From the IMG/VR virus record IMGVR_UViG_3300045256_000822, positions 1 through 58,085 of that record: a DNA stretch of 58,085 nucleotides, one strand, 5' to 3'. Numbering within the stretch: the stretch's first letter is position 1; each line of letters starts with the position of its first letter. The translations under genes were made by a program, and so were the position numbers. Below are positions 25,055 to 34,849 of this stretch, in pieces. A model generated the notes under the pieces. It was not told the origin of the DNA, ran no database searches, and saw nothing but the letters and a program-made list of their open reading frames with translations. This DNA comes from a virus (lineage: Duplodnaviria; Caudoviricetes).

Positions 25055-26992
25055 ATGCTCCTCGGCGACGCGACAAACCGCAAAGAGCCAGCGCAGGACA
25101 TCGACGTCGTCGCTCTGCAGCTCGATCGCTGGGATAGGGCCTCGACGGCGCAACGCCTGTGGGCCGAGGGAAAGGACGGCACGTCAGGCGCCAAAGCGTG
25201 TGTGAGGATGGTCGAGGGCGACCAGTGGGAGCCGGACGACGAGGCGAAGCTGAAGGCGTCGGGACGGATGCCGCTGCGGTTCAACAAGATCGCACCGCTC
25301 ACACGCATGCTGACCGGCTACTTCCGCCAGAATCGCTACGAGATCCGCTACCTGCCAGGCTCGGACGGCAGCGGTGTCGACGAGACCGCCAAGGCGCTGA
25401 ACCAGACCAACAAGCAGATCGACGAGATCAACCAGTCGCCCTGGAACGACGCGGAGGTCTTCCGGGATGGCATCTTCACCGGGCGCGGCTTCTTCGACGT
25501 GCGTATCGACCAGACACGCAACATCTTCGGTGAGGTGAGGGAACGGGTATTGGACCCATTCTCCGTCTATCCCGACCCCGAGGCCGACGCCTACGACCCG
25601 GACGAATGGGGTTTCGTGCAGACCAGCTACTGGTTTTCGTGGAACGAGATCCTGCTGATGTTCGGGCCGGCCACCGCGGATCTGGTCGACACGCGCGGCG
25701 GGACCGCCGGACGGATGCTCGGCAACATCATCGGCGGGACCCTCGGCGACACCGAAGTGGCGCCGCCGCGTTGGTTCGGCCTTTTCGACTATCTCGGCGA
25801 TGGCGGGCAGGGCTTCCTCTATGCCGGCTCGATCGTGCCAGGCAGCCCTTTCGAGCACGTCGACAAGCACAGGAAGCTGATCCGGCTGATCGAGTGCCAG
25901 CACCGCCAGCTGGTGAAGGTGCGGCAGTTCGTCGACCTCCAGACGGGCCAGAAGAAGACCATCCCGGCGCACTGGGACAACGCACGCATCAAGAAGGTCA
26001 TCGATTACATGACGGCCTTCGACATGCCGCTTACCGTGACCCAAGGGCTCGAGCGAAGGGTGCGGCACACCATCACGGCCGCCGACCTCGTGCTCTACGA
26101 CGACTGGAGCCCGTACGACACGTTCACGGTGGTGCCGTACTTCGCCTATTTCCGCCGCGGCAAGACGCGCGGCATGGTGGACGACCTCATCGACCCTCAG
26201 AGGGAGATCAACAAGCGCCGCTCGGTGTTCCTGCACATCGTCATGACGGCGGCCAACTCGGGATGGATCCACGAGAAGGGCTCGCTCACCGACGAGATGG
26301 CGCAGATGCTCGAAGAGGAGGGCAGCCGGCCCGGCATCCGCGTCGAGTATGAGAGGGGTCACCAGCCGCCGAAGCGCATCGACCCGGCCGTGGCACCGCT
26401 GGCACTCGAACGGCTCGAGCAGAAGGCCACGACCGACCTGAAGGAGATCAGCGGCATCAACGATTCGGCGCTCGGCCAGATCGACCGCGTCCAGTCGGGG
26501 AGGGCGATCAACCTGCGCCAGAAGCAGACGATCATCGGCGCCGAAGACTACTTCGACAATTTCTCGCGCACCCGCGAGCTCAAGGGCCGCAAGCGCCTCG
26601 AGCTGATCCAGAATTTCTACACGGAGCAGCGCCTGATCCGGGTCAGGGGCGAGGACGGCAAGAACATCGACACGATGATCAACCAGCGGCTGGGCGATGG
26701 CCGTGTTCTCAACGATGTGACCCTGGGCTCGTACACGGTGGCGATCGACGAGGCGCCGCTGGCGGCGACGTTCGATCAAGGCCAGTTCCAAGACCTGATC
26801 ACGATGGTCAAGGACCTGGGCATTCCGATCCCGCCCGACATCATCGTCGACGCCTCGAACGTGCCGCGTAAGCGCGAGATCCTCGATCGCATGCGGCCGC
26901 CCGTGCCCGGGCCCGGTGCGCCCGGTGCGCCTCCGGGTGCGCCAGGTGCGCCGCCCGGTCCGCCGTCCAACGTTCCGCCTGGTGTGACATGA
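25055..26992 (+). CDS. Portal protein (P22-like)
   Basis: GDQW, FNKI, GMVDDLIDPQREINKRRS, SGRAI; follows terL; PGAP-repeat tail. Confidence 0.92.
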   Translation: MLLGDATNRKEPAQDIDVVALQLDRWDRASTAQRLWAEGKDGTSGAKACVRMVEGDQWEPDDEAKLKASGRMPLRFNKIAPLTRMLTGYFRQNRYEIRYLPGSDGSGVDETAKALNQTNKQIDEINQSPWNDAEVFRDGIFTGRGFFDVRIDQTRNIFGEVRERVLDPFSVYPDPEADAYDPDEWGFVQTSYWFSWNEILLMFGPATADLVDTRGGTAGRMLGNIIGGTLGDTEVAPPRWFGLFDYLGDGGQGFLYAGSIVPGSPFEHVDKHRKLIRLIECQHRQLVKVRQFVDLQTGQKKTIPAHWDNARIKKVIDYMTAFDMPLTVTQGLERRVRHTITAADLVLYDDWSPYDTFTVVPYFAYFRRGKTRGMVDDLIDPQREINKRRSVFLHIVMTAANSGWIHEKGSLTDEMAQMLEEEGSRPGIRVEYERGHQPPKRIDPAVAPLALERLEQKATTDLKEISGINDSALGQIDRVQSGRAINLRQKQTIIGAEDYFDNFSRTRELKGRKRLELIQNFYTEQRLIRVRGEDGKNIDTMINQRLGDGRVLNDVTLGSYTVAIDEAPLAATFDQGQFQDLITMVKDLGIPIPPDIIVDASNVPRKREILDRMRPPVPGPGAPGAPPGAPGAPPGPPSNVPPGVT

Positions 26993-27504
26993 GCCACTTC
27001 GACGACGACGTCATCGGCAAGCGCCTCGTCCATCAGATTCAGGAAGAGGCGCTCGCGAACCAGTCGATCGACGGCGCCTTCTGGGTCGTCGTGGCGGATA
27101 GCGGTCTGACGCTGCACGCGAAGACGGTCGGTGGCTGCCGCCCGACACCGGAGCAGATGACTTTCGCGCGCTTCGCCTGCACCACGCTCAACCGGCGCTA
27201 TCGTTTCGGCGGCACGTGGATCGTTGTGTGGTGCGAGCGCCGCACGAAGGCATGCGGCACGCCCACCCGCCTGGTCTTCATGTGGAAGGACCCGGACGGC
27301 GACGTGCCGATCGCCTTCGATACCGTGAAGCCGGTCGAGGATCTCGTGACCTGGGGTCCCGTCTGGTTCTGCGAGTCGGCCGAGCGCGCGTTCGTGGCAT
27401 ACCGGGAGCATCTCAAGGCGATCGGTGTGAAGCCCGAGCAGATGATCAAGGCCGCACAGGGACAGACCAGCGTCGACCCGACGGCGGCACCGAGCTATTC
27501 GTGA
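26989..27504 (+). CDS. Hypothetical protein
   Basis: ATGA-coupled to portal; coding-like codon usage. Confidence 0.7.
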   Translation: MSHFDDDVIGKRLVHQIQEEALANQSIDGAFWVVVADSGLTLHAKTVGGCRPTPEQMTFARFACTTLNRRYRFGGTWIVVWCERRTKACGTPTRLVFMWKDPDGDVPIAFDTVKPVEDLVTWGPVWFCESAERAFVAYREHLKAIGVKPEQMIKAAQGQTSVDPTAAPSYS

Positions 27505-27698
27505 CGACCTCGGGGGCCCGCGTTTGGGTCTGCGAGATGTACGAGGAAGGCGAGAAGACTGGCCCCGTCCGGGTGTTCTCCAGCGAGCACGCGCTGAATC
27601 TGTTCATCCATCAGCAGCGCGACGAGATCACGACGGTCTCCTATGAGCAGATCGTCGACCAGCCGGAGGCCTTCGATGGCCGCCATCGCATGAACTAG
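27501..27698 (+). CDS. Hypothetical protein
   Basis: GTGA-coupled short ORF. Confidence 0.5.
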   Translation: MTTSGARVWVCEMYEEGEKTGPVRVFSSEHALNLFIHQQRDEITTVSYEQIVDQPEAFDGRHRMN

Positions 27699-27827
27699 GC
27701 GGAATGCCGGAGCAGATGACCAAGCGCCTAAGCCGGCAGGTAACTAACAGAGGTAGAACAGTGGTGGGCGTTTACACCGGCGTAAAAGGGAGTCATGATC
27801 GAGTGCCACTTTAGAGGGAGGCGGCAA

Positions 27828-28574
27828 ATGAAGCTCTATCCCATCACGTTGGCACTCACACTAGCTTTAGTTCCCGAAGCCGCTGGGGCAGAAACGCTCT
27901 GTCTCAACTGCCCCGGAAATTTCAAGTTCGCGTACGCGACGAAGGATGTGGATCACGGGGCCAATGCGAATAACCCCGATCCGGGCTGCCTGAACCCAGT
28001 CGACAAAATTGTCGATGCCATCAAAAACGAAGTTGAACCTTGGATCGAGGAGGCTGCCAGCAAGCAGGCGGCGGGTGCGGTCGCAAGTTACGCCGGTCCT
28101 GCAGCAGGAATAGCTTTCGACGCTGTTGTCGGACCCGAAATCGGAAAGAAGGTCGCTACGATCATTCAGAACAATTCGGGCGTGACGAACGCGGCACAGT
28201 GCACGATGCTATGTGTCCTTCTCCCGGAAGGTGCGCTGTTTCAATACTACACATATGGGTCGATGGAGAATCAGTGGCGCATAAACGAGGACGCCGAGAT
28301 CTGGCCGAGACCTAAAGGCGGGGGCAGATTTGAGCACTGCTACGCCAAGGGTCCGAAGGACTGCGCGATTGGGTGGTCTAGGTTTGACGAAACCCCAGTG
28401 CTCTCTTATCCGAGAGCCCGGCAGCCCATGATTTGCTCGGCCTACAAGAATTGGTCGGGCGATCGGAAGCGGCAGGCATTCTTGGGCGTTTGGTACAAGC
28501 TGGGTGGCTCGCAAGGTCCAGCCGGGCAGATTGGTGCAAACTCGTTCCGGACGGTAGATGGCGAGATCCAATAA
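27828..28574 (+). CDS. Secreted Cys-rich moron protein
   Basis: GGAGG RBS; signal peptide ending AGA; 8 Cys; own terminator. Confidence 0.75.
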   Translation: MKLYPITLALTLALVPEAAGAETLCLNCPGNFKFAYATKDVDHGANANNPDPGCLNPVDKIVDAIKNEVEPWIEEAASKQAAGAVASYAGPAAGIAFDAVVGPEIGKKVATIIQNNSGVTNAAQCTMLCVLLPEGALFQYYTYGSMENQWRINEDAEIWPRPKGGGRFEHCYAKGPKDCAIGWSRFDETPVLSYPRARQPMICSAYKNWSGDRKRQAFLGVWYKLGGSQGPAGQIGANSFRTVDGEIQ

Positions 28575-28594
28575 CGCTCCTGCACTGAGTCACT

Positions 28595-28623
28595 AGGCGG
28601 CCGCGATCAACGGCCGCCTTTTT
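28595..28623 (+). terminator. Intrinsic terminator
   Basis: AGGCGGCCG-N7-CGGCCGCCT-TTTT. Confidence 0.75.
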
Positions 28624-28779
28624 GATGCAAGAGCCAAAAGCAAGTTCCGCATCGCGGCCGCGATAGCGCCGTGCGACCCGCCCACGTCACGGGCGAATCC
28701 GCACCGACCGACGCGACAGAGCGGTCCCCGCCGCCGGGGCTCGGGCGATTCCGCATGACCCAAGCGAAAGAGGGCACAG

Positions 28780-29772
28780 ATGGCTCAGCAGGATCAGCAG
28801 CAGGACACCCGCGTCCCGGTCCCCGGCGATGCGGACTACAAGCCGATGCCTCACGACGACGACGCCGAACTGACAGCGGCCCGCAAGGACGCGGAAGCCG
28901 AAGCAGCGGCAGCGTCGGCCGAGGCTGAGGACGGCCAGGCAGGCGAGGCGACGCAGGACGGTGCGCAAGGCGGCGAGCAGCCGCAGGGCGAGCCGGCCGA
29001 GACCGCACCGCCCGCGAGACAGCAGACCCCGATGATCCCGAAGCCGCGCTTCGACGAGGCCGTGCAGGCCGCGTACTGGCGCGGAAGGGCTGAGGCGGCC
29101 GAAAACCTCGCGAAGGGCACTCCGAACGCGCCAGCGGCAGACGATAAGCCGGCCAAGTCTCCCGAAGAGGAGATCGCCGAACTCGACGCCGCCATCGATC
29201 AGGCTGCCGCTCAGTACGATGCGGGCGAACTCAGCTTCGCCCAATTCAACAAGTTGCAGCGCACGAACGAGGCGAAGATCGCCGAACTGCGGCAGGCGCG
29301 CACAGCCCCGGCACAGGGCGACGATCAGACCGCGCGTCAGGAAGACCTCTACCTCGCCGAACGGACCGACGACCTCGCCGTGGAGTTTCCGATCCTGACG
29401 AAACTCTCGGCCGCAGACGTCGAGCCGCTTGTCCCGCTTGCCTATCGCGAAGCCGCGCGTGACCGCGTGCAGATCACGCCGGACAGTCGCGGCGATTACC
29501 TGCTCCGTCGCTACGTCGCCCATGTGGCGACCAAGCTCTACGGAACGGGCGCTCCTGCTCAGCAGCCATCGCAAAAGCCACCGGCGGCCAATGCGGATGC
29601 GGGTCGAAGGAAACTCGCCCTCGCCGCGCGCATGCCGCCTGATCTCACCACAGCAGCCGGAGGCCGTCAGCAGGTCCCCGATCCGGCATCGCCCGAGCGT
29701 CTTGCGACGATGGACGTCGACGACATCGCGGCGCTGCCGGCGGCGACACGGCAACGGATCGCCGGCTACTAG
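28780..29772 (+). CDS. Capsid scaffolding protein
   Basis: Acidic Ala/Gln-rich, MIPKPRFDE motif, directly before the capsid gene. Confidence 0.75.
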   Translation: MAQQDQQQDTRVPVPGDADYKPMPHDDDAELTAARKDAEAEAAAASAEAEDGQAGEATQDGAQGGEQPQGEPAETAPPARQQTPMIPKPRFDEAVQAAYWRGRAEAAENLAKGTPNAPAADDKPAKSPEEEIAELDAAIDQAAAQYDAGELSFAQFNKLQRTNEAKIAELRQARTAPAQGDDQTARQEDLYLAERTDDLAVEFPILTKLSAADVEPLVPLAYREAARDRVQITPDSRGDYLLRRYVAHVATKLYGTGAPAQQPSQKPPAANADAGRRKLALAARMPPDLTTAAGGRQQVPDPASPERLATMDVDDIAALPAATRQRIAGY

Positions 29773-29805
29773 CAGGCGCCCGACGGGCGCCAGGAGCGCT
29801 CAGCT

Positions 29806-30924
29806 ATGGCATTGACAGACTTCGGCGCGCTCGCGCCGATGCAAAAGAAGGTTTGGGAAGCGGAGAGCTGGAAGGCCGGCCGCGACAACTCCTTCTTCTT
29901 CGCGTCCGGGTTCATGGGCAGCGGCACCGCCGACTCGCAGAAGCCCATCCACTACGTCAAGGACCTCACCAAGACGGAGCGGGGCGACCAGTGCGTGATG
30001 AACCTGATCCCCGATCTCGTCGGCGACGGTGTGGCCGGCGACAACCTCCTCAAGGGGCAGGAGGAGCAGCTCACGGCATCGGACCAGACCATCCGTCTGG
30101 ACCAGCTGCGGAACGCGGTGCGTTCGCGCGGTGCCATGTCGGAGCAGCGCACGGTCATCCGCTTCCGCCAGGAAGCGCGCGACACGTTGGGCAACTGGCT
30201 CGGCCAGAAATTGGACGAGCTGGGCTTCCTCACCGCGTCGGGCATCGCCTACACGCTGAACCTAGACGGCACGAACCGCGCGGTGGGAAGCCAGTTCCCG
30301 TCGCTCGCCTTCGCCGCCGATGTCACGGCGCCCAGCACGAACCGCAAGTTCTTCCCGGGCACCAACACGTCGACCGCGACCCTGACCGCGGCGGACAAGA
30401 TGACGTGGAATCTCCTGATCTCGGTCATCGCGTTCGCCAAGCGCCGCCGCATCAAGCCGGTCCGGTACAACGGCAAGGCCAAGTACCCGATCGTCATGTC
30501 GACGGAGCAGGGGCGCGATCTGAAGTCCGACCCGAACTATCAGACCAACGTCGGCCGCGCCGCCGATCGAGGCACGAAGAACCCGTTGTTCAACGGTTAC
30601 TTTGCCGAGATCGACGACGCGATCCTGTTCGACCACCCGAAGGTGTTCAACACCCTCGCGGCGGCGAACGGCTCGAAGTACGGGGCGGCGGGTGCGGTCG
30701 ACGGCGCGCAAGCGATGCTGGTCGGTGCCCAGGCCTTGGGCTTCGCGCGCATCGGCCAGCCGAACTGGACGGAGGACGCCGACGACGACTACGGCAACCG
30801 GCAGAACGTCGGTTACGGCACCATCGTCGGCTACAAGAAGCCGGTCTTCCAGTCGATCTACGACGGCAACGCGAACGAGGACTTCTCGACCGTCGCGATC
30901 TTCACGGCGGCTTCGAAGACCTGA
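29806..30924 (+). CDS. Major capsid protein (N4-gp56/DUF4043-type)
   Basis: MALTDFG, LVGDGVAGDNLLKGQEE, LDQLRNA, GAQALG, DYGN motifs. Confidence 0.9.
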   Translation: MALTDFGALAPMQKKVWEAESWKAGRDNSFFFASGFMGSGTADSQKPIHYVKDLTKTERGDQCVMNLIPDLVGDGVAGDNLLKGQEEQLTASDQTIRLDQLRNAVRSRGAMSEQRTVIRFRQEARDTLGNWLGQKLDELGFLTASGIAYTLNLDGTNRAVGSQFPSLAFAADVTAPSTNRKFFPGTNTSTATLTAADKMTWNLLISVIAFAKRRRIKPVRYNGKAKYPIVMSTEQGRDLKSDPNYQTNVGRAADRGTKNPLFNGYFAEIDDAILFDHPKVFNTLAAANGSKYGAAGAVDGAQAMLVGAQALGFARIGQPNWTEDADDDYGNRQNVGYGTIVGYKKPVFQSIYDGNANEDFSTVAIFTAASKT

Positions 30925-30954
30925 TGCGTCCGGCTGACCGGCCGGGCAGGCAGT

Positions 30955-30978
30955 AGGGGCGGCTTCGGCCGCCCCTTT
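30955..30978 (+). terminator. Hairpin/terminator after capsid gene
   Basis: AGGGGCGGC-TTCG-GCCGCCCCT-TT. Confidence 0.65.
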
Positions 30979-31006
30979 CATTTCCACCACTTCGGAGGCC
31001 ATCTCC

Positions 31007-31408
31007 ATGGCAACAGTGACCAAGTTCGAGTTGCCGGCGTCCCGCACGCCGCGCAACCCGACCGACCAGCTCACGCCGTTCTCGTTCGACATCGCCGTGC
31101 AAAACGGCGATGCGGGCAACGGCGATTTCATCAACGTATTCACTCCTCCGGCCGGCGCCCGCATTCTTGGTGCGACGCTGCGCCAAAATGCCTCGTTGGG
31201 CGCCGCTGCCACCGCGCAGCTGCGCATGGGCGGCAATGCGATCACACCGGCCACCACAGCGGCGGCCGCGTCGGGTGTGGTGCAGAACGCCCAAGTCGAG
31301 CCGGCGAACGGCACGACCGACAAGATCGACATCGCGATCGCCGGCGCCGGCATCACCGCGGCCGCAACGCTGCGCGTCGCCGGCATGATGATCATCCCCG
31401 GCGGCTGA
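31007..31408 (+). CDS. Probable capsid decoration/cement protein
   Basis: GGAGG RBS; small beta-rich protein after the capsid gene. Confidence 0.6.
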   Translation: MATVTKFELPASRTPRNPTDQLTPFSFDIAVQNGDAGNGDFINVFTPPAGARILGATLRQNASLGAAATAQLRMGGNAITPATTAAAASGVVQNAQVEPANGTTDKIDIAIAGAGITAAATLRVAGMMIIPGG

Positions 31409-31424
31409 GCCGAGGGCTGACGCA

Positions 31425-31451
31425 GTCGGGGCGGAGACCTTCCGCCCCGAC
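31425..31451 (+). terminator. 11-bp hairpin
   Basis: GTCGGGGCGGA-GACCT-TCCGCCCCGAC then ATCTTTT. Confidence 0.55.
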
Positions 31452-31477
31452 ATCTTTTCCCCAAATCGGAGAGGACC

Positions 31478-31942
31478 ATGACGAACACCGAAACACCGAT
31501 GTGCCAGGCGCGGGACCTTCTGGCCGTCGACGGACCCCGCACGCACGATTTCCCGGACGAGAGCGGCAAGCTGCGCTCGATCACCTTCGAGCCCCGCCGT
31601 TTCGTCGCGGTGCCGATGGATGTGGCCATGATCCTCGTCGGCAACGAGGGCTTCGAGGTCCGCGACCCCAACGGCACGCCCCTCAAGGTGCAGAAGCATA
31701 CGGGCCCCGTCGGCAATCAGGGCATTGTCCTTCGCCCGGACGAGGTGGTCGCCAAGCTCGATGAGCTGTCGACCGAAGCGCTGCTAGAGCGCGCGAAGCG
31801 CTTCCCGGAAGGCGGCAAGCTGAAGAAGGCCGACGGCCGAGCCGCGCTCATCTCGTTCATCCTCAGCGCCGGCGTCCCGCAGCAGGACCTCGACAACGCA
31901 CCGGCCGGCTCGAGGCTCGGCGCTCTGGCCTCGGTGGACTGA
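31478..31942 (+). CDS. Hypothetical protein (head module)
   Basis: GAGAGG RBS; coding-like. Confidence 0.7.
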   Translation: MTNTETPMCQARDLLAVDGPRTHDFPDESGKLRSITFEPRRFVAVPMDVAMILVGNEGFEVRDPNGTPLKVQKHTGPVGNQGIVLRPDEVVAKLDELSTEALLERAKRFPEGGKLKKADGRAALISFILSAGVPQQDLDNAPAGSRLGALASVD

Positions 31943-32119
31943 CCTGACTTGCGCCGTCTGCAGTCAGGAGTGCGTGCCCGTGGAGCACGTCATCGTGATC
32001 GGTGACCCGCGCCGGCCCGAGAAGGTGACGCGCTTCACGCGTGCGCTGCGCTTCGATGCCGCCGCCGACAAGGACTTCTGCAGCGCCACCTGTGCGCTGG
32101 CCGGACACACGAGGCAGCG

Positions 32120-32833
32120 ATGCCGCGCCTCCTGACCGCCCTCCAGATCGCGACGGAAGCGCTGATGGAAATCGGTGCTTTCTCGACGAAGGACGTGGCG
32201 CCGGATCCTGACGAGCTCGATCGTGCGCTCTCCGCGCTGGACCTCCGGGTGCAGCAGGAGACCGGGACCATGCGGACCTATTGGCTGATCCCGGCAGACT
32301 TCACTATTCCGCTCGCGGCCGGTCAGGCGTCCTACAACCTCATGACGGTGCTCGGCGCGCAGTATCCGCGCGACGGCATCCAGTTCGCTCTGAGCGCGTC
32401 CCTGCAGCCGCCAGGCGGGCTGGCCCGCATCCCGCTCGACATCATCCGCCGCGACGACCTCGAGGCGCTGAGCCTTCCGACCCAGCCAGGCCAGCCGGAG
32501 AGTGTCTACGTCGATCGCAAGGACCCGCCGACGCTGACGATCACCCCCGTCATCAATCTGCCGGGCTATTCGGTCCTGCTCACAGCGCAGGTGTTTTCGA
32601 CCAACCACACGACCAATAAGGGCGCCGAACAGCACGGCATGCCGGCCGCGTGGCAGCGCTGGGCGATCCTCGCCACGGCAGAGGACATCGGTGCTGGCAA
32701 GGTGCGCCGTCTTCCGCAGATCGAATTGAGCGATCTCCGCGCGCGCAGCAAGGAGGCTTTCGAGAAGCTCGCGGCCTTCAGCAACAAGGAGCGCTTCGGC
32801 CGCAAGCGCTTCACTCAATACCGGGATTTCTGA
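32120..32833 (+). CDS. Head-tail adaptor / tail tubular protein
   Basis: LTALQIATEALMEIG N-terminal helix; position between head and tail genes. Confidence 0.65.
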   Translation: MPRLLTALQIATEALMEIGAFSTKDVAPDPDELDRALSALDLRVQQETGTMRTYWLIPADFTIPLAAGQASYNLMTVLGAQYPRDGIQFALSASLQPPGGLARIPLDIIRRDDLEALSLPTQPGQPESVYVDRKDPPTLTITPVINLPGYSVLLTAQVFSTNHTTNKGAEQHGMPAAWQRWAILATAEDIGAGKVRRLPQIELSDLRARSKEAFEKLAAFSNKERFGRKRFTQYRDF

Positions 32834-33279
32834 TGGCTGCCATCCGCACCGCGCTCCGCGAGTTCAGCTTGCGCAACGACATCTATGCCGGCGCCAGCGT
32901 GACGGCTTACGTCCCGGACGCGAACGGCAATCCAACCGCGGTGCTGGCAACCCTCTACGCCGCCCAGACTGGCATCAACATCCTGCCCAATCCCCAGATC
33001 CTCGATGGGGAAGGGAAGTTCCAGCAGCCGGTGTATTTCGACGCGGCCGTGGTGCTGACCGTGAACTCGGCTTTTGCCGCCTCGCATAACACGGGCGTCA
33101 TCCGGCCGTCTCTGTCCGACACCGACGTCATCAACGCCCAGGCGGCAGCCACCGCTGCGCAAGCCGCGGCGGCTGCGGCCGCCACGTCCGCTGCAGCCGC
33201 GGACGCTTCGCTCCAGCAGGCCGCCGCCACCTGGCCGACTTACTGGCGTCATCCGTACCTCTCCACCGTCACCCGATAG
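32833..33279 (+). CDS. Virion-attachment (head-binding-like) domain plus Ala-rich coiled coil
   Basis: YAGA.V...LATLY...NPQIL...G...PVY...TGVIRP, paralogous to the N-terminus of 34850 tailspike. Confidence 0.7.
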   Translation: MAAIRTALREFSLRNDIYAGASVTAYVPDANGNPTAVLATLYAAQTGINILPNPQILDGEGKFQQPVYFDAAVVLTVNSAFAASHNTGVIRPSLSDTDVINAQAAATAAQAAAAAAATSAAAADASLQQAAATWPTYWRHPYLSTVTR

Positions 33280-33288
33280 GAGCCTTCC

Positions 33289-33720
33289 ATGTCGATGCAG
33301 CCGCAATATGCTGCCGCGCCGGTCATCGGCGATGCGCAGTTCAACACGCCGAACGCCGCACGCGACGGCACGGGCGCCATCGCGCAGCTCGTGGTCGCGC
33401 GCATCCCGGGTACCCGCCTGGTCGGCATCCAGTTCTATGCCACCGGCACCACCACCGCAGGCATGCTGCGAATCTTCCGCAAAGCCTCCGGGCTCACCTT
33501 CGCGGGCGACGGTTCGGTTGCCGCGTTCGCGGCGCCGTCCTGGCGGCTCCTTGACGAGGTCGCCGTAGCCGCACTCGTCCCGTCCGCCACCGTCAAGGCG
33601 TTCTCCTCGCTCTGGACGCCGCCGACCGGCGATCTCCAGCTTGGGCCGTTCGAGCAGATCGGCGTCGCCACGAATAACAACGAGCAGTTCAACGCCTTCG
33701 CGATGGGCGGGCACCTCTAA
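33289..33720 (+). CDS. Conserved small tail-fibre-associated protein
   Basis: AGGAG RBS; RDGTG, ATGTTTAGMLRIF motifs. Confidence 0.7.
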   Translation: MSMQPQYAAAPVIGDAQFNTPNAARDGTGAIAQLVVARIPGTRLVGIQFYATGTTTAGMLRIFRKASGLTFAGDGSVAAFAAPSWRLLDEVAVAALVPSATVKAFSSLWTPPTGDLQLGPFEQIGVATNNNEQFNAFAMGGHL

Positions 33721-33723
33721 GCC

Positions 33724-34842
33724 ATGAACCCGGGCGTCAAAGGCCTTCCGAAGCGGCGGCGGCTCAGCACCGTCCTGCCGCTGTCCGGCGCCGGGCCCTT
33801 GGACGAGGACGTGAGCGTCGGCTTTCTGATGCCGTTCGGGCAGTGCTACCTCAGCAAGAGCGGCGCCAATCTCCTTCTGGCCAGAGAGAATGGCCGGTTC
33901 CTCTTCATCAACGGGGCGTTCAGGCAGATCCCGGCCGCCGGCCTCACATTGTCCGCTGCCGGAATCCAGGGTGCCGTGGTCGGCGTCTCGCGGGCGCGTA
34001 CCGGGAACGTTGCGACCCTTGTCACGGCGGCGCATGGCCTTCAGAGCGGCGCACTGGCGCTGGTGTTCTCGAACATCGCCATGCAGCCGTCGTCGGCGAC
34101 ATGTACTGCGTGGACGGGAAACCAGACCGTCACGGTTACGAACGCGACCACGTTCACCTTTCCAAACAATGGCGCGGACGTCGGCACGACCGCCGACGTT
34201 ACATTCAGCGTCGTGCCGATCTATTTCATCTATGCCGCAGACGTCGACAACGACGGCATAGCGGACACGCTCGAGCCGTCACAGATCCAGTCGGCCATCG
34301 ACCCGAACCATGGCCATGCGATCAAAGCGGGTGATCCGACCCGTACCCTTGTTGGCATGGCGGTCTCCTATGCCGGCGGCGTATGGGAGGACGATACGAA
34401 CCATGTCGGCGTGCTTTCCTACTTCAACCGCAAGCCGAAGACCGCCAAGGGAGCCTTTACCGCCAACCGAACGACAGGCGCTACATACGCCAACAGGATC
34501 GAGCTAAACATCGAGATCAGAGCGTTCTTCCTTGCATGGGGTGATACGGAGCAGGAGTGCTGGATCAACGCGTGCGCTTCGAGCGACACGAGCGGAACCC
34601 AGCTCAATGCGGTCATTCTGGAAGAGCAACTCAACGACCTCGACTGTTTCAACCAAGTCCATGCCTCGGCGATAAACAACCTCCACTCGATCACTCCGAA
34701 AGCACGAAGAAAATTCGCGCTCGGTGGCCACCTGACCGCCCTTGCGTCCGCAACGGGCACCGGCATCAGTTCCTGGGCCGGAAGTGCCGGTGGCAACGGC
34801 GCAAATCCGCGCTGCACAAACTTAGTTACGACACTCGGCTGA
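33724..34842 (+). CDS. Tail fibre / receptor-binding-like protein
   Basis: Thr/Gly/Ala-rich beta protein; GDPTRTLVGM, SYFNRK; in the tail module. Confidence 0.65.
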   Translation: MNPGVKGLPKRRRLSTVLPLSGAGPLDEDVSVGFLMPFGQCYLSKSGANLLLARENGRFLFINGAFRQIPAAGLTLSAAGIQGAVVGVSRARTGNVATLVTAAHGLQSGALALVFSNIAMQPSSATCTAWTGNQTVTVTNATTFTFPNNGADVGTTADVTFSVVPIYFIYAADVDNDGIADTLEPSQIQSAIDPNHGHAIKAGDPTRTLVGMAVSYAGGVWEDDTNHVGVLSYFNRKPKTAKGAFTANRTTGATYANRIELNIEIRAFFLAWGDTEQECWINACASSDTSGTQLNAVILEEQLNDLDCFNQVHASAINNLHSITPKARRKFALGGHLTALASATGTGISSWAGSAGGNGANPRCTNLVTTLG

Positions 34843-34849
34843 GGACGCC

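Noticed and set aside
26900-26985. PGAP coding repeats as CRISPR or functional DNA repeat
   Set aside because: Low-complexity portal tail without unique spacers.
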